Shown here piece after piece: positions 1 through 8,492 of a DNA stretch of 64,000 nt. The position numbers were made by a program, and so were the translations under genes. This DNA comes from Candidatus Poribacteria bacterium (GTDB taxonomy: Bacteria; Poribacteria; WGA-4E; WGA-3G). A model generated the notes under the pieces. It had not been told where the DNA came from. It worked only from the letters and a program-made list of their open reading frames with translations, and ran no database searches. Position 1 is the first letter of the stretch. The number at the start of each line of letters is the position of its first letter. The stretch lies in assembly GCA_965214095.1 (NCBI GenBank), contig OZ243938.1:937511-1001510 (forward strand). Direction: 5' to 3'.

Positions 1-14
1 AATCTGCTGCAACT

Positions 15-2216
15 GTGAGTCCAGCACAAATCGGATTCAAATATCAAGAAATAAAAGCACTTTACAAAAAACTCGCAAGTAAGAATCAGCCAGAAGAATT
101 AGACGTATTAGTTAAAAAAACAACAGATTTCGTCTCATCCTTTTCTGAATACAAACGTATAGATGAAGTCTACTACTATCTTGGCAACGGATTAGTCCGA
201 TTAAACAGAGTAGAGGAAGGCATTAAAACCTTTGAAAAACTTATTGAGCAACATCCAGAAGCACGCTATGTTCAACCCAGTCTATTAGAATTAGGTATGG
301 CTTACGACAAACTCAAGAAACATGACAAAGCGGATGAAATCTATACAAAATTGATTGAACACCCCAAGTTTGGCTCACGATCTTATGCAAAACAAGCGCA
401 GAAATATCTTGAAATGGACAGATCCAAGCGAACTGGTGAAATTCCTAAACCATCAACACCAACAACATCGCGACCAAGTGAGTGGATCGGTAAACCTGCT
501 CCTGATTTTCAAGTAAAGGATCTGAAAGGGGAAGACCTTTCGTTGGAAAAATATAAAGGGCATGTTGTACTGCTCGATTTCTGGGCAACATGGTGCGGAC
601 CTTGTATTGGTGAATTACCTAATGTCAAGAAAACATACCAAAAATACAAAGATCAGAAATTCCAAATTATTGGTATTAGTCTGGACAGAGCACAAAAAAC
701 ACTTGAGACGTTTGTAGAAAAAGAAGGACTATCGTGGGTTCACTATTTCGATCAAAGTGGACAGATTGCAAATCAATATAAGGTAACCGGCATTCCATCC
801 ATGTTTCTGCTTGATGGTCAAGGAGTTATCCGAAAGGCAGGTCTCCGTGGACATGCGCTTGAAACTGCTGTTGCTGAATTGGTAGAGGAGAATCTCACAA
901 ATCCAGGAGGTACACCCAAGATAACACCTGAGTCCACTTCTCCACCCAAGTCAATCCCCGCTACGAAACTAATCAAAATGAAACCGAATCCGCAAAACGA
1001 ACCAGCAGTTCAACCTACTAAGATAAAAGTAGAGGATTGGGTTGGCGAACCTGCACCTGATTTTCAAGTAAAAGATTTGAAAGGTGAAGAACTCTCTTTG
1101 GAAAAATACAAAGGACAGATTGTGCTCCTTGATTTCTGGGCAACATGGTGTCCACCATGTATCAAAGAGATTCCGAAACTTAAGAAAGTTTATGAAAAAT
1201 ACAAAGATAAGAACTTTCAGATAATCGGTGTAAGTCTTGACAGAACAATGCCACCACTTGCAGCTTATGTAAAAGATGAAGGACTTTCGTGGGTGCATTA
1301 TTGGGATGAAAGCCGAAATGTAAGAAATCAATACGGAGTCACCGCAATTCCAACTGCATTTCTGATTGACAGTGAAGGGATTATCAGGAAAGCAAGTCTC
1401 GGTGGATTTGATGTGGACTCTGCTGTTGCAGAATTAATGAAGGAGAATCCTACTAAACCTGATGAGACCGTTACTCCTAAAAAAACGACTGACGACTTAC
1501 CAGAAATCGGTGAAGACGTAGACCCTAAAGCCAAAGAAGTAATTACTGCAACGATTGCTGCACATGGTGGACTTGATAAACTAAAATCTGTCAAAAACAT
1601 CGTGATGGAATCCCGCAGTTTTGAATATTTCCCTGATGGTACCGTGCAGGATGAGGGACGGAACAAAACTTACTATTATCCTAACAAAGCACGCGCCGAT
1701 TGGGACTTAGATGGGGGAAGCGACAGCTTAATCTTCAATGAAGATGCTATGTATAGGGTAACGAATGGAAAGGCACAACCTGTTCCAGAGGATAAGGCAG
1801 AATCTATTATTTCATTCTACAAGGATGGTCTTTTCAGAGAACCGATTTGGCTTCTGTCAAAACTCTCACAGGATGCAATTCCTGTTAAATACTTAGGCAC
1901 TGAAGAAGTAGGTGATGATACAACTTCTGTTCTCCTCCTTCCACAACCTTCTGGGAAGAAACTGAAAGTCTACGTGAGCGAAAAGACACACTATATAATT
2001 CAGTTTGTTTACGGTTTTGAAATGGAAGGTGAAGACAAGAAAATTACTGCTACTTTGGATGATTATCGGGCAGTGGATGGTGTCATGATCTCTCATCTTC
2101 GTACGACCAAGAATGGTGAATATCGTCAAATCCTGATAACTGACATATCCTTAAATGCAGAAATAGACGATGCGCTGTTCAATCCTGATACAAATCTCAC
2201 AATAGAAAAGGAATAG
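15..2216 (+). CDS. TPR-repeat protein with two tandem TlpA/ResA-like thioredoxin domains and a C-terminal uncharacterised domain. No in-frame stop upstream, so the 5' end may lie outside the window.
   Basis: N-terminal TPR-like helical repeats. Two internally duplicated modules, [33 protein letters not shown] and ...WATWCPPC, each preceded by a Pro/Thr-rich linker. GTG start at 15 with an open frame back to window position 3. Confidence 0.7.
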   Translation: [733 protein letters not shown]

Positions 2217-2221
2217 AAGAA

Positions 2222-2653
2222 ATGATACGCATCAATTTGATTTTACTTGTAATTCTCTGTCTCTGTATGTTTGTTAGTGTTGTCCATGTGCAAGGTGCAA
2301 CAATCAAAGGAGAAGTCATTGAGGCAACTCCAGAACAGAGACCGATTGCAGGCGTTACCGTAAAAATAGTTAATGTTGCAACTGAAGAAGAATTTACCGT
2401 CACAACAAATAAAGACGGTTTCTATGAGAAAAAGGGATTACCCGCCGGTCGCTATATTATAAGTGTATCCAAAAATGGTTATGGAGACAGAGTAGGCAAA
2501 TCCAAAGTTGTTGCTGCCGGTGGTGAAATCTTTGACAGAATCAAGATGAGAAAAATTGAGAACATATTCACCTTTTTGTTTGATCTTTACGGGTACTTTA
2601 TCATTGGCGTTATGATAGCATTTATCCTAATATTTACAGGTGCAGAGTTGTAA
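2222..2653 (+). CDS. Small exported protein with a CarboxypepD_reg-like beta-sandwich domain and a C-terminal TM anchor
   Basis: Signal peptide, then GVTVKIVN...TTNKDGFYEKKGLPAGRYIISVSKNGYGD, then a C-terminal hydrophobic helix. Paralog of 2840..3337. Confidence 0.55.
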   Translation: MIRINLILLVILCLCMFVSVVHVQGATIKGEVIEATPEQRPIAGVTVKIVNVATEEEFTVTTNKDGFYEKKGLPAGRYIISVSKNGYGDRVGKSKVVAAGGEIFDRIKMRKIENIFTFLFDLYGYFIIGVMIAFILIFTGAEL

Positions 2654-2839
2654 TCTCCTATCTTTTTTCACAGAAAGTGATCTATAGTAGATTTTGAAAT
2701 TACTTGAACACTCTACACCGGCTAGGTTAGGAAACCTCGCCTACCGTCGGATGAAAGTGTAAATATAATTTTATACTTCACCATATAAGTTGTAGAAGAG
2801 ATTTGTTCTTAAATAATTTGGTCTTATGAGATTCTGAAA

Positions 2840-3337
2840 ATGGAGCAAAAAATGACTCGCTTATGTTCAATTAGGATGTATATTGTATGTTTGTGTTGTT
2901 TTATGTGTTTCGGTATTGCATACGGACAAGATGCTTTTATTGATAGTGGAGGTGCAACAATCAGAGGTCAAGTCCTTGACGCATCTCCTGAACGGAAACC
3001 GATAGAAGGTGTTACCGTGAAAATAGTGTATTCTGCAGATGGTCAGGAATATACCGTCACAACTGATAAAGATGGTAATTACAAAAAAACCGGGTTACCT
3101 GCAGGTCGATATATTATCAGTGTATCTAAGGATGGTTACGGAGACAGAATGGGCAAGTCAAAGGTGCTTGCTGCAGGCGGTGAAATCTATGACCAAATCA
3201 AGATGCTAAAAAAAGAAAACATAATTACATTTGTTCAAAGACAACCTCTTGTATGGTTACTTGTTGCTGGTGTTGCCATTGTAATTATTGTCGCTCTTGT
3301 GATTTTCTTCATAGATTTACGGAAACCGCGTTATTGA
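2840..3337 (+). CDS. Paralog of the preceding small exported CarboxypepD_reg-like protein. The true start may be an internal Met.
   Basis: Same domain string (GVTVKIVYSADGQEYTVTTDKDGNYKKTGLPAGRYIISVSKDGYGD) and a C-terminal TM helix. Separated from its paralog by a REP-containing mini-MITE. Confidence 0.55.
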   Translation: MEQKMTRLCSIRMYIVCLCCFMCFGIAYGQDAFIDSGGATIRGQVLDASPERKPIEGVTVKIVYSADGQEYTVTTDKDGNYKKTGLPAGRYIISVSKDGYGDRMGKSKVLAAGGEIYDQIKMLKKENIITFVQRQPLVWLLVAGVAIVIIVALVIFFIDLRKPRY

Positions 3338-3346
3338 GGAAGGTAA

Positions 3347-4438
3347 ATGGCACATGTCATTCTGAACGATGTAACTAAAATATACAACAATGATATTCAT
3401 GCTGTAGATAACGCAGACTTTCAAATCCCAGATGAGTCGTTTACTGTGCTTGTTGGACCTTCGGGATGTGGCAAGTCCACAATCTTACGGATGATTGCAG
3501 GACTGGAAGAGATTACTGAAGGTGACATCTATATTGACGATGAACGCATTAACGACGTGCCTCCGAAGGATAGGGACATCGCAATGGTATTTCAAAACTA
3601 TGCACTCTATCCACACATGACGGTGTATAAGAATATGGCGTTTGGATTAAAACTGCGGAAATATGAGAAAAAGGAGATTGACACACGCGTCAACGAAGCA
3701 GCAAACATCCTCAGTATTTCGCATCTGTTGAATCGAAAACCGAAGCACCTTTCCGGCGGTGAACGTCAACGTGTAGCAGTCGGCAGAGCAATCGTTCGGC
3801 AACCGAAGGTATTCCTATTTGATGAACCTTTGAGCAACCTTGATGCAAAACTTCGCGTCCAAATGCGGATGGAAATCAGCCGTCTGCATGATCGACTCAA
3901 GGCGACTATAATCTATGTCACGCACGATCAGGTTGAGGCGATGACGATGGGAGATCAGATCGTTGTTCTCAATGAAGGGAAAATCCAACAGATCGCAGAA
4001 CCGGGCACGCTCTACCACAAACCCACTAATCAATTTGTCGGTGGTTTCATCGGCACACCACCAATGAACTTTATTGATGCACAGATTGAGAGAAATAACG
4101 GCACACCAACATTGAAGTTTGAAGACTTCTCGTTGAAACTGAATACTGAATTGCAATCAATTCTCAGTGAAATATCGGGGAACTCTGTGACGCTCGGTAT
4201 CCGTCCTGAAGATATTTATGTCGGAGAAAACGAAGTTAATCAAGTTATCTCACATGTGGAACTTGTTGAACCGCTTGGAAACCATGCCCTTCTGTATCTA
4301 CGGACAGAGAAGAATACCTTTGTTATCCAATCAAATCTGGAAGATTTACCACAACACAACTCGCCTTTGACGGTGAGTTTTGACACTGAAAAAGCACACC
4401 TATTCCACACAGAGACAGGCGAATCGTTGACAGCATGA
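3347..4438 (+). CDS. ABC transporter ATP-binding protein, MalK/MsmX/UgpC family (sugar import ATPase)
   Basis: Walker A GPSGCGKST, signature LSGGERQRVAVGRA, Walker B FLFDEPLSNLD, and a C-terminal MalK-like regulatory/TOBE domain. No permease or binding-protein gene adjacent. Confidence 0.85.
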   Translation: MAHVILNDVTKIYNNDIHAVDNADFQIPDESFTVLVGPSGCGKSTILRMIAGLEEITEGDIYIDDERINDVPPKDRDIAMVFQNYALYPHMTVYKNMAFGLKLRKYEKKEIDTRVNEAANILSISHLLNRKPKHLSGGERQRVAVGRAIVRQPKVFLFDEPLSNLDAKLRVQMRMEISRLHDRLKATIIYVTHDQVEAMTMGDQIVVLNEGKIQQIAEPGTLYHKPTNQFVGGFIGTPPMNFIDAQIERNNGTPTLKFEDFSLKLNTELQSILSEISGNSVTLGIRPEDIYVGENEVNQVISHVELVEPLGNHALLYLRTEKNTFVIQSNLEDLPQHNSPLTVSFDTEKAHLFHTETGESLTA

Positions 4439-4919
4439 TATAGTGAAATGTGAAAATACGGGCACACTCCACGGTAGATGCGGTTTCCTAACTGTATCTA
4501 TGAGACTGAACAAACACCAGTGGACTGTCTATTCTTATGTTGTAGGTCGGGTAGAGAGACGACACCCGACTTTATTGATGATAAATGGCTGCATGTCGGG
4601 TTTCGTGCCTCTACCCGACCTACAATTTTAGCGTAGACGCTCCACCAGTTCGGTTAGGAAACCGAACCTACCTTAGTGTAAATAATTATACCGAATTTAT
4701 GAGGCTCAACAAAAACCAGTTCGGTTAGGAAACCGAACCTACCTTAGTGTGTAAATAATTATACCGTATCTATGAGGCTCAACAAAAACCAGTTCGGTTA
4801 GGAAACCGAACCTACCGTGTGTAAATAATTATACCGTATCTATGAGACTGAACAGACACCAGTTCGGTTAGGAAACCGAACCTACCGTTGTGTGTAAATA
4901 ATTATGATTTTTACTATAA
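4438..4919. mobile_element. Expanded copy of a TIR-bounded MITE (TIR about TTATAGTGAAA) carrying REP hairpins. It contains a nested palindromic mini-element (4541..4624) and a 4x tandem array of an approx 70-bp unit.
   Basis: Left end TATAGTGAAATG abuts the ABC ATPase stop. Right end TTTTTACTATAA at 4919. The interior matches the intact copy at 36507..36646, except for an insertion flanked by a CACCAG direct repeat and the tandem amplification. Confidence 0.6.
4646..4900. repeat. Tandem array of four approx 70-bp units, each a REP hairpin plus a conserved linker
   Basis: Units start near 4646, 4716, 4789 and 4860 with AGTTCGGTTAGGAAACCGAACCTACC followed by a near-identical GTGTGTAAATAATTATACCGTATCTATGAG linker. 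Confidence 0.7.
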
Positions 4920-4944
4920 TGTCATGTGGTATATAGTAAATCCT

Positions 4945-5967
4945 TTAGAGTAGATCTTGAATCTGCTGCCATGTCTCATCATCAATAGGTATGCCTTCCT
5001 GTTCACGTTTGCGTTGTTCATTCCAACCGCGTTCACCCGGCATCAAAATCTCATCAACTCCAGCAGCGCGCTTTGCAGATTTGATATAGTTGATAAAACG
5101 TTCTATCTCTGCACTAAACGCAGGAAACTCTCGGAAACTCGCAACATTCATTACATGCACAAATAACCCATTGCCAACACGTGCATCATCGCCACGACTG
5201 GAACCTGCACCGGTCAATGCACCGGCAAGTATATCCACAATCACACTCAATCCAAAACCTTTGTGTGCCGCAATCCCACCGAATGGTAATATGGCAGCAG
5301 GTGTTGTTTCGTAGAAATTGTTTGGGTTTGTCGTTGACTCACCATCTGAGTTGATAAGCCATCCTTCTGGTAGTGCTTCATTTCGATGTTGTTTCACACG
5401 GATCTTACCCGATGCAACAACACTGGTGGACATATCCAATACAATCGGGTTTTTGCCTTCAATAGGCACTGCACATGCAATCGGATTTGTGGAGAGTCTC
5501 CCTTCAACACCACCGTGCGGTGCAACACATGTGCCACCACCGTGGTCGTTCACCATCAGCAGTGCAATCATCTTAGCATCTGTAGCAAGACAAGCATAGC
5601 CACCTAACCTACCAACCTCATTACATCGTGACACTGCAACTGAACTCACATCCGTTTGCTTTGCTTTCTGAATTGCTATTTCGACTGCACGCGTTGCAAT
5701 GACAGGTCCGAACCCCCAATTGCCGTCCAACACTGCTATGGATGCTGATTCATGAACTGTATCAGTCGGTGCGTTGGGTTGGATTAGTCCTGCTTCTATC
5801 TCACGCACATATTTTGGGAGATGGATCACACCGTGTGAATCGTGACCGACAAGATTCGCATCTATCATAGAATGGGTAACCACTTTTGCTTCGTCTGGAG
5901 GGATATTGTATTTTTGGAATACGTTTAGACATAAGGTAGTGAGTTCTTTGGTAGAAACAATTGGCAT
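4945..5967 (-). CDS. Ldh_2 family oxidoreductase (malate/L-lactate/sulfolactate dehydrogenase type 2)
   Basis: Full-length similarity pattern to the Ldh_2 fold, with a conserved HGG...G motif region (GHDSHGV, DHGGG). Confidence 0.7.
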   Translation of the reverse strand: MPIVSTKELTTLCLNVFQKYNIPPDEAKVVTHSMIDANLVGHDSHGVIHLPKYVREIEAGLIQPNAPTDTVHESASIAVLDGNWGFGPVIATRAVEIAIQKAKQTDVSSVAVSRCNEVGRLGGYACLATDAKMIALLMVNDHGGGTCVAPHGGVEGRLSTNPIACAVPIEGKNPIVLDMSTSVVASGKIRVKQHRNEALPEGWLINSDGESTTNPNNFYETTPAAILPFGGIAAHKGFGLSVIVDILAGALTGAGSSRGDDARVGNGLFVHVMNVASFREFPAFSAEIERFINYIKSAKRAAGVDEILMPGERGWNEQRKREQEGIPIDDETWQQIQDLL

Positions 5968-5974
5968 TGTGGGA

Positions 5975-6802
5975 TTATATGTCTTCTGTCCGATTAAGGA
6001 TTTCTGCTATCCGTTTCGCGAAACGATACGCACTGTTGTCCTCTGGAGCATATCCTATCACCTTGCGCGCATTGGTAATGCTCCAGAACTTATGGGAGTT
6101 GTCGCTGATACCGTAGAATATCTGGAATGGGATTCCGTTCTCGTCCTCAATGTTCTCTGTTTCAATACTCTTGACAAAGAGTTGAACCTGATCACGGACA
6201 CTCAAGTATGCACCAAGTGCGCGGTGCATTTTATGATAATTGTCCGCTGTGATGTCATTCAAATCGGTTTCCCGCGGCGCACCGATACGGATTTGCACAT
6301 TCTGCAGTTTCTTGTTCTTCCTAAAGCCAGTGGCAAAAACAAAACCGAGATGTTCATACGCTTCTTTTGCCCATCCATAAAAGTTATCTGACAAGGGACG
6401 CATCTCAGGTGTTACAAAATCCCATTTTCCTGACCAGATAAGTTTTTCATAATAGTCTGCTGCGTGGTTAGAACTACACACCACAACGCGCCGCACATCC
6501 GTTTCCCAACTGGTATGGTATATGTTATATGCCATCTGTATGTTGTTGAGTTCGTTCTCAAACCCACCGCCTTGAAATGCACAGTGCACAACAGCGTCTA
6601 CACCTTCAAAATATCGTTTATATAACTCTCGGTCAGGGTTGCTAACATCAACGATGTGAACACCATCCATCTCTTCTCCCTGCCGATTTGTGTTTCGGAC
6701 ATCAAGTAGAACAAGATCGTATCGTTCGCGAAATGCTGGCAGCATCCGTCCTGCAATATAACCTGCTGCACCTGTGATTAAGACTTTTCTGCGGTTTGGC
6801 AT
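5975..6802 (-). CDS. NAD-dependent epimerase/dehydratase family protein (extended SDR)
   Basis: N-terminal Rossmann motif VLITGAAGYIAG. Confidence 0.7.
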   Translation of the reverse strand: MPNRRKVLITGAAGYIAGRMLPAFRERYDLVLLDVRNTNRQGEEMDGVHIVDVSNPDRELYKRYFEGVDAVVHCAFQGGGFENELNNIQMAYNIYHTSWETDVRRVVVCSSNHAADYYEKLIWSGKWDFVTPEMRPLSDNFYGWAKEAYEHLGFVFATGFRKNKKLQNVQIRIGAPRETDLNDITADNYHKMHRALGAYLSVRDQVQLFVKSIETENIEDENGIPFQIFYGISDNSHKFWSITNARKVIGYAPEDNSAYRFAKRIAEILNRTEDI

Positions 6803-6920
6803 TGTACTTCCTTGACATTATAGTGAAATGTAAACATACGTGCACACTCCTCGGAAGATGCGGTTTCCTAACTGCATCTATGAGACTGAACAAACACCGG
6901 TTCGGTTAGGAAACCGAACC

Positions 6921-8406
6921 ATAGGCGTCAATTTAGTGATTTTTTGCTGCATTTTCAAGGTGTTCTAATGTTGTGTCTCTATTAGCACGTCTCTCAATGT
7001 AGCACCCATTTTGGAAAGCGTGTTTTATTTCATCAAAAGTTTGCCGAAAAGACATTATAGACTTGCGGAAACCTATTGCAAGTGTGCGTGCGAAGGTGCT
7101 AATAAGTTCTGCTGTTTTTGTTAGACTATGTTTTAGACATCGCCAACCGACCCTTAACATGATCCAGTGCCGCATAATTGCGACGATGAGTTTTGCATAT
7201 AACTCACATAAGATTCTATATGGCTTGTCGCTACGGGAGGTATCAACTTTTCCAATGCTTTTGAAGCACTTGAACATCAACTCAACCTGCCATCGGATGC
7301 GTGCGACAGCACAAATCTGTTCAGCAGTCAGATGGTCTACTTTTATATTAGTAATGTAGATATTCCATCTTGCGAGCTGAAGTCGTTTGGGTGAAGGTTT
7401 CGTATACTTCCGCTTTGCACGATGTTTTATCTCCTTAATACGCTGTTGGGTTTCTGTTTCTGAAAGTCTTTGAACAACTAATCGTGCTTTGAGACGCTTG
7501 TTTTTACCTATAAAGATTTGTTTGTCCTTGAAGTTATTAGAACCCTTCTTGAGCCATTTTAGCAAGCAAAAAGGGGCACCTGTTTCATCATAGAGAAAAC
7601 ACTGGACTTTGTAGCGTGATATCCAAAAGACGTTTGCATCGGAAAGTCTTTTGAAGGTATCAAGTGAATAATAGCCGAGGTCTGCGAGGCGCAAACTGCC
7701 GGCGGGTAGCATGTCAATCTGCTTTTCAATAGCACTATCAGCGGTGATACCATTGGTCAGTTCAAAGTGTTCAAAAGTGCCTGTGGCACTATCAAAACGC
7801 AGGTGGAGTTTCACGGCAGCTGTGTTCGGTTTATTCTTTTTGCTTCCACCTTCCCAAGTTTCGTGGAGCACATCAGGGAGTGTAATCCAAGAACTATCTT
7901 GTAAATAGACACCAGTGAACTTTTCAAGGAGCGGAAGCGTTTGCGGGTCGGCAGAAATAACCTTGGACGCAGTAGCATCAAGGATAACTTTCAGGGTCTC
8001 TGCTGCTTCAGATGTAAATCGTTGTTCAATGGCTTGTCGTGAGATTGAAATCCCCAGCACACCAGCGGTTTGCGCAAGTTGTGTATAGGTGGCATCTGGG
8101 TTTTCTAACCAAGTCCAAATGAGTATTTGAGCAAAACGACTACCGTTGAGTTTACAACTTCTTTTGACAAAACCTGTATTGAGAGCTGCATCATTGGCTA
8201 TAGTTGTAAGAATATGTTGCATTTCTTTGGGAACTTGTGATAATGTATTCATTAGGAAACACCTCTTTGTAGACCATAATAAATCTATATCTACATTATA
8301 TATGAGGTGTTTTCATTTTTACAGAAGTTTTATTTCATAATTTATACTTCCTCTGATTAAAAGTTGACACTTATCGGTCTTGGTGCATCCTTAAATTGAC
8401 GCCTAT
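6921..8406 (-). mobile_element. IS4-family insertion sequence (approx 1486 bp) with 15-bp terminal inverted repeats ATAGGCGTCAATTTA
   Basis: ATAGGCGTCAATTTAG at 6921 and its reverse complement TTAAATTGACGCCTAT ending at 8406. A single transposase ORF inside. Flanked on both sides by a direct copy of GGTTCGGTTAGGAAACCGAACC. Confidence 0.75.
6933..8252 (-). CDS. IS4-family DDE transposase
   Basis: C-terminal R-x3-E-x6-K signature (RIRWQVELMFKCFKS), typical of IS4/IS10/IS50-type transposases. 439 aa. Confidence 0.75.
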   Translation of the reverse strand: MNTLSQVPKEMQHILTTIANDAALNTGFVKRSCKLNGSRFAQILIWTWLENPDATYTQLAQTAGVLGISISRQAIEQRFTSEAAETLKVILDATASKVISADPQTLPLLEKFTGVYLQDSSWITLPDVLHETWEGGSKKNKPNTAAVKLHLRFDSATGTFEHFELTNGITADSAIEKQIDMLPAGSLRLADLGYYSLDTFKRLSDANVFWISRYKVQCFLYDETGAPFCLLKWLKKGSNNFKDKQIFIGKNKRLKARLVVQRLSETETQQRIKEIKHRAKRKYTKPSPKRLQLARWNIYITNIKVDHLTAEQICAVARIRWQVELMFKCFKSIGKVDTSRSDKPYRILCELYAKLIVAIMRHWIMLRVGWRCLKHSLTKTAELISTFARTLAIGFRKSIMSFRQTFDEIKHAFQNGCYIERRANRDTTLEHLENAAKNH

Positions 8407-8433
8407 GGTTCGGTTAGGAAACCGAACCTACCG
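8407..8433. repeat. REP-like element (hairpin GGTTCGGTT-AGGA-AACCGAACC plus TACCG; GTAG signature on the opposite strand)
   Basis: Perfect 9-bp stem and 4-nt loop. One of at least 25 copies in the window. Confidence 0.7.
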
Positions 8434-8492
8434 TAGTGTGTAAATAATTATAGTTTTTACTATAATGTATTACTGTAATAAGCATGGACAGA

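Larger units (their letters stand above)
6818..8465. repeat. MITE copy (TTATAGTGAAA-TIR family) split by the IS at 6921..8406
   Basis: Left part TTATAGTGAAATGTAAACATACG...CGGTTCGGTTAGGAAACCGAACC. Right part GGTTCGGTTAGGAAACCGAACCTACCGTAGTGTGTAAATAATTATAGTTTTTACTATAA. Compare the intact copy at 36507..36646. Confidence 0.6.

Noticed and set aside
4443-4631. 62-aa ORF downstream of the ABC ATPase and 71-aa ORF at 12354..12569
   Set aside because: Both lie wholly within MITE/palindrome repeats. They are repeat-encoded frames, not genes.
4646-4900. CRISPR-like array of 27-bp direct repeats with approx 43-bp spacers
   Set aside because: The 'spacers' are nearly identical to each other and the repeat is the dispersed REP hairpin. 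This is a tandem duplication of a MITE module, not a CRISPR array. No cas genes are present.
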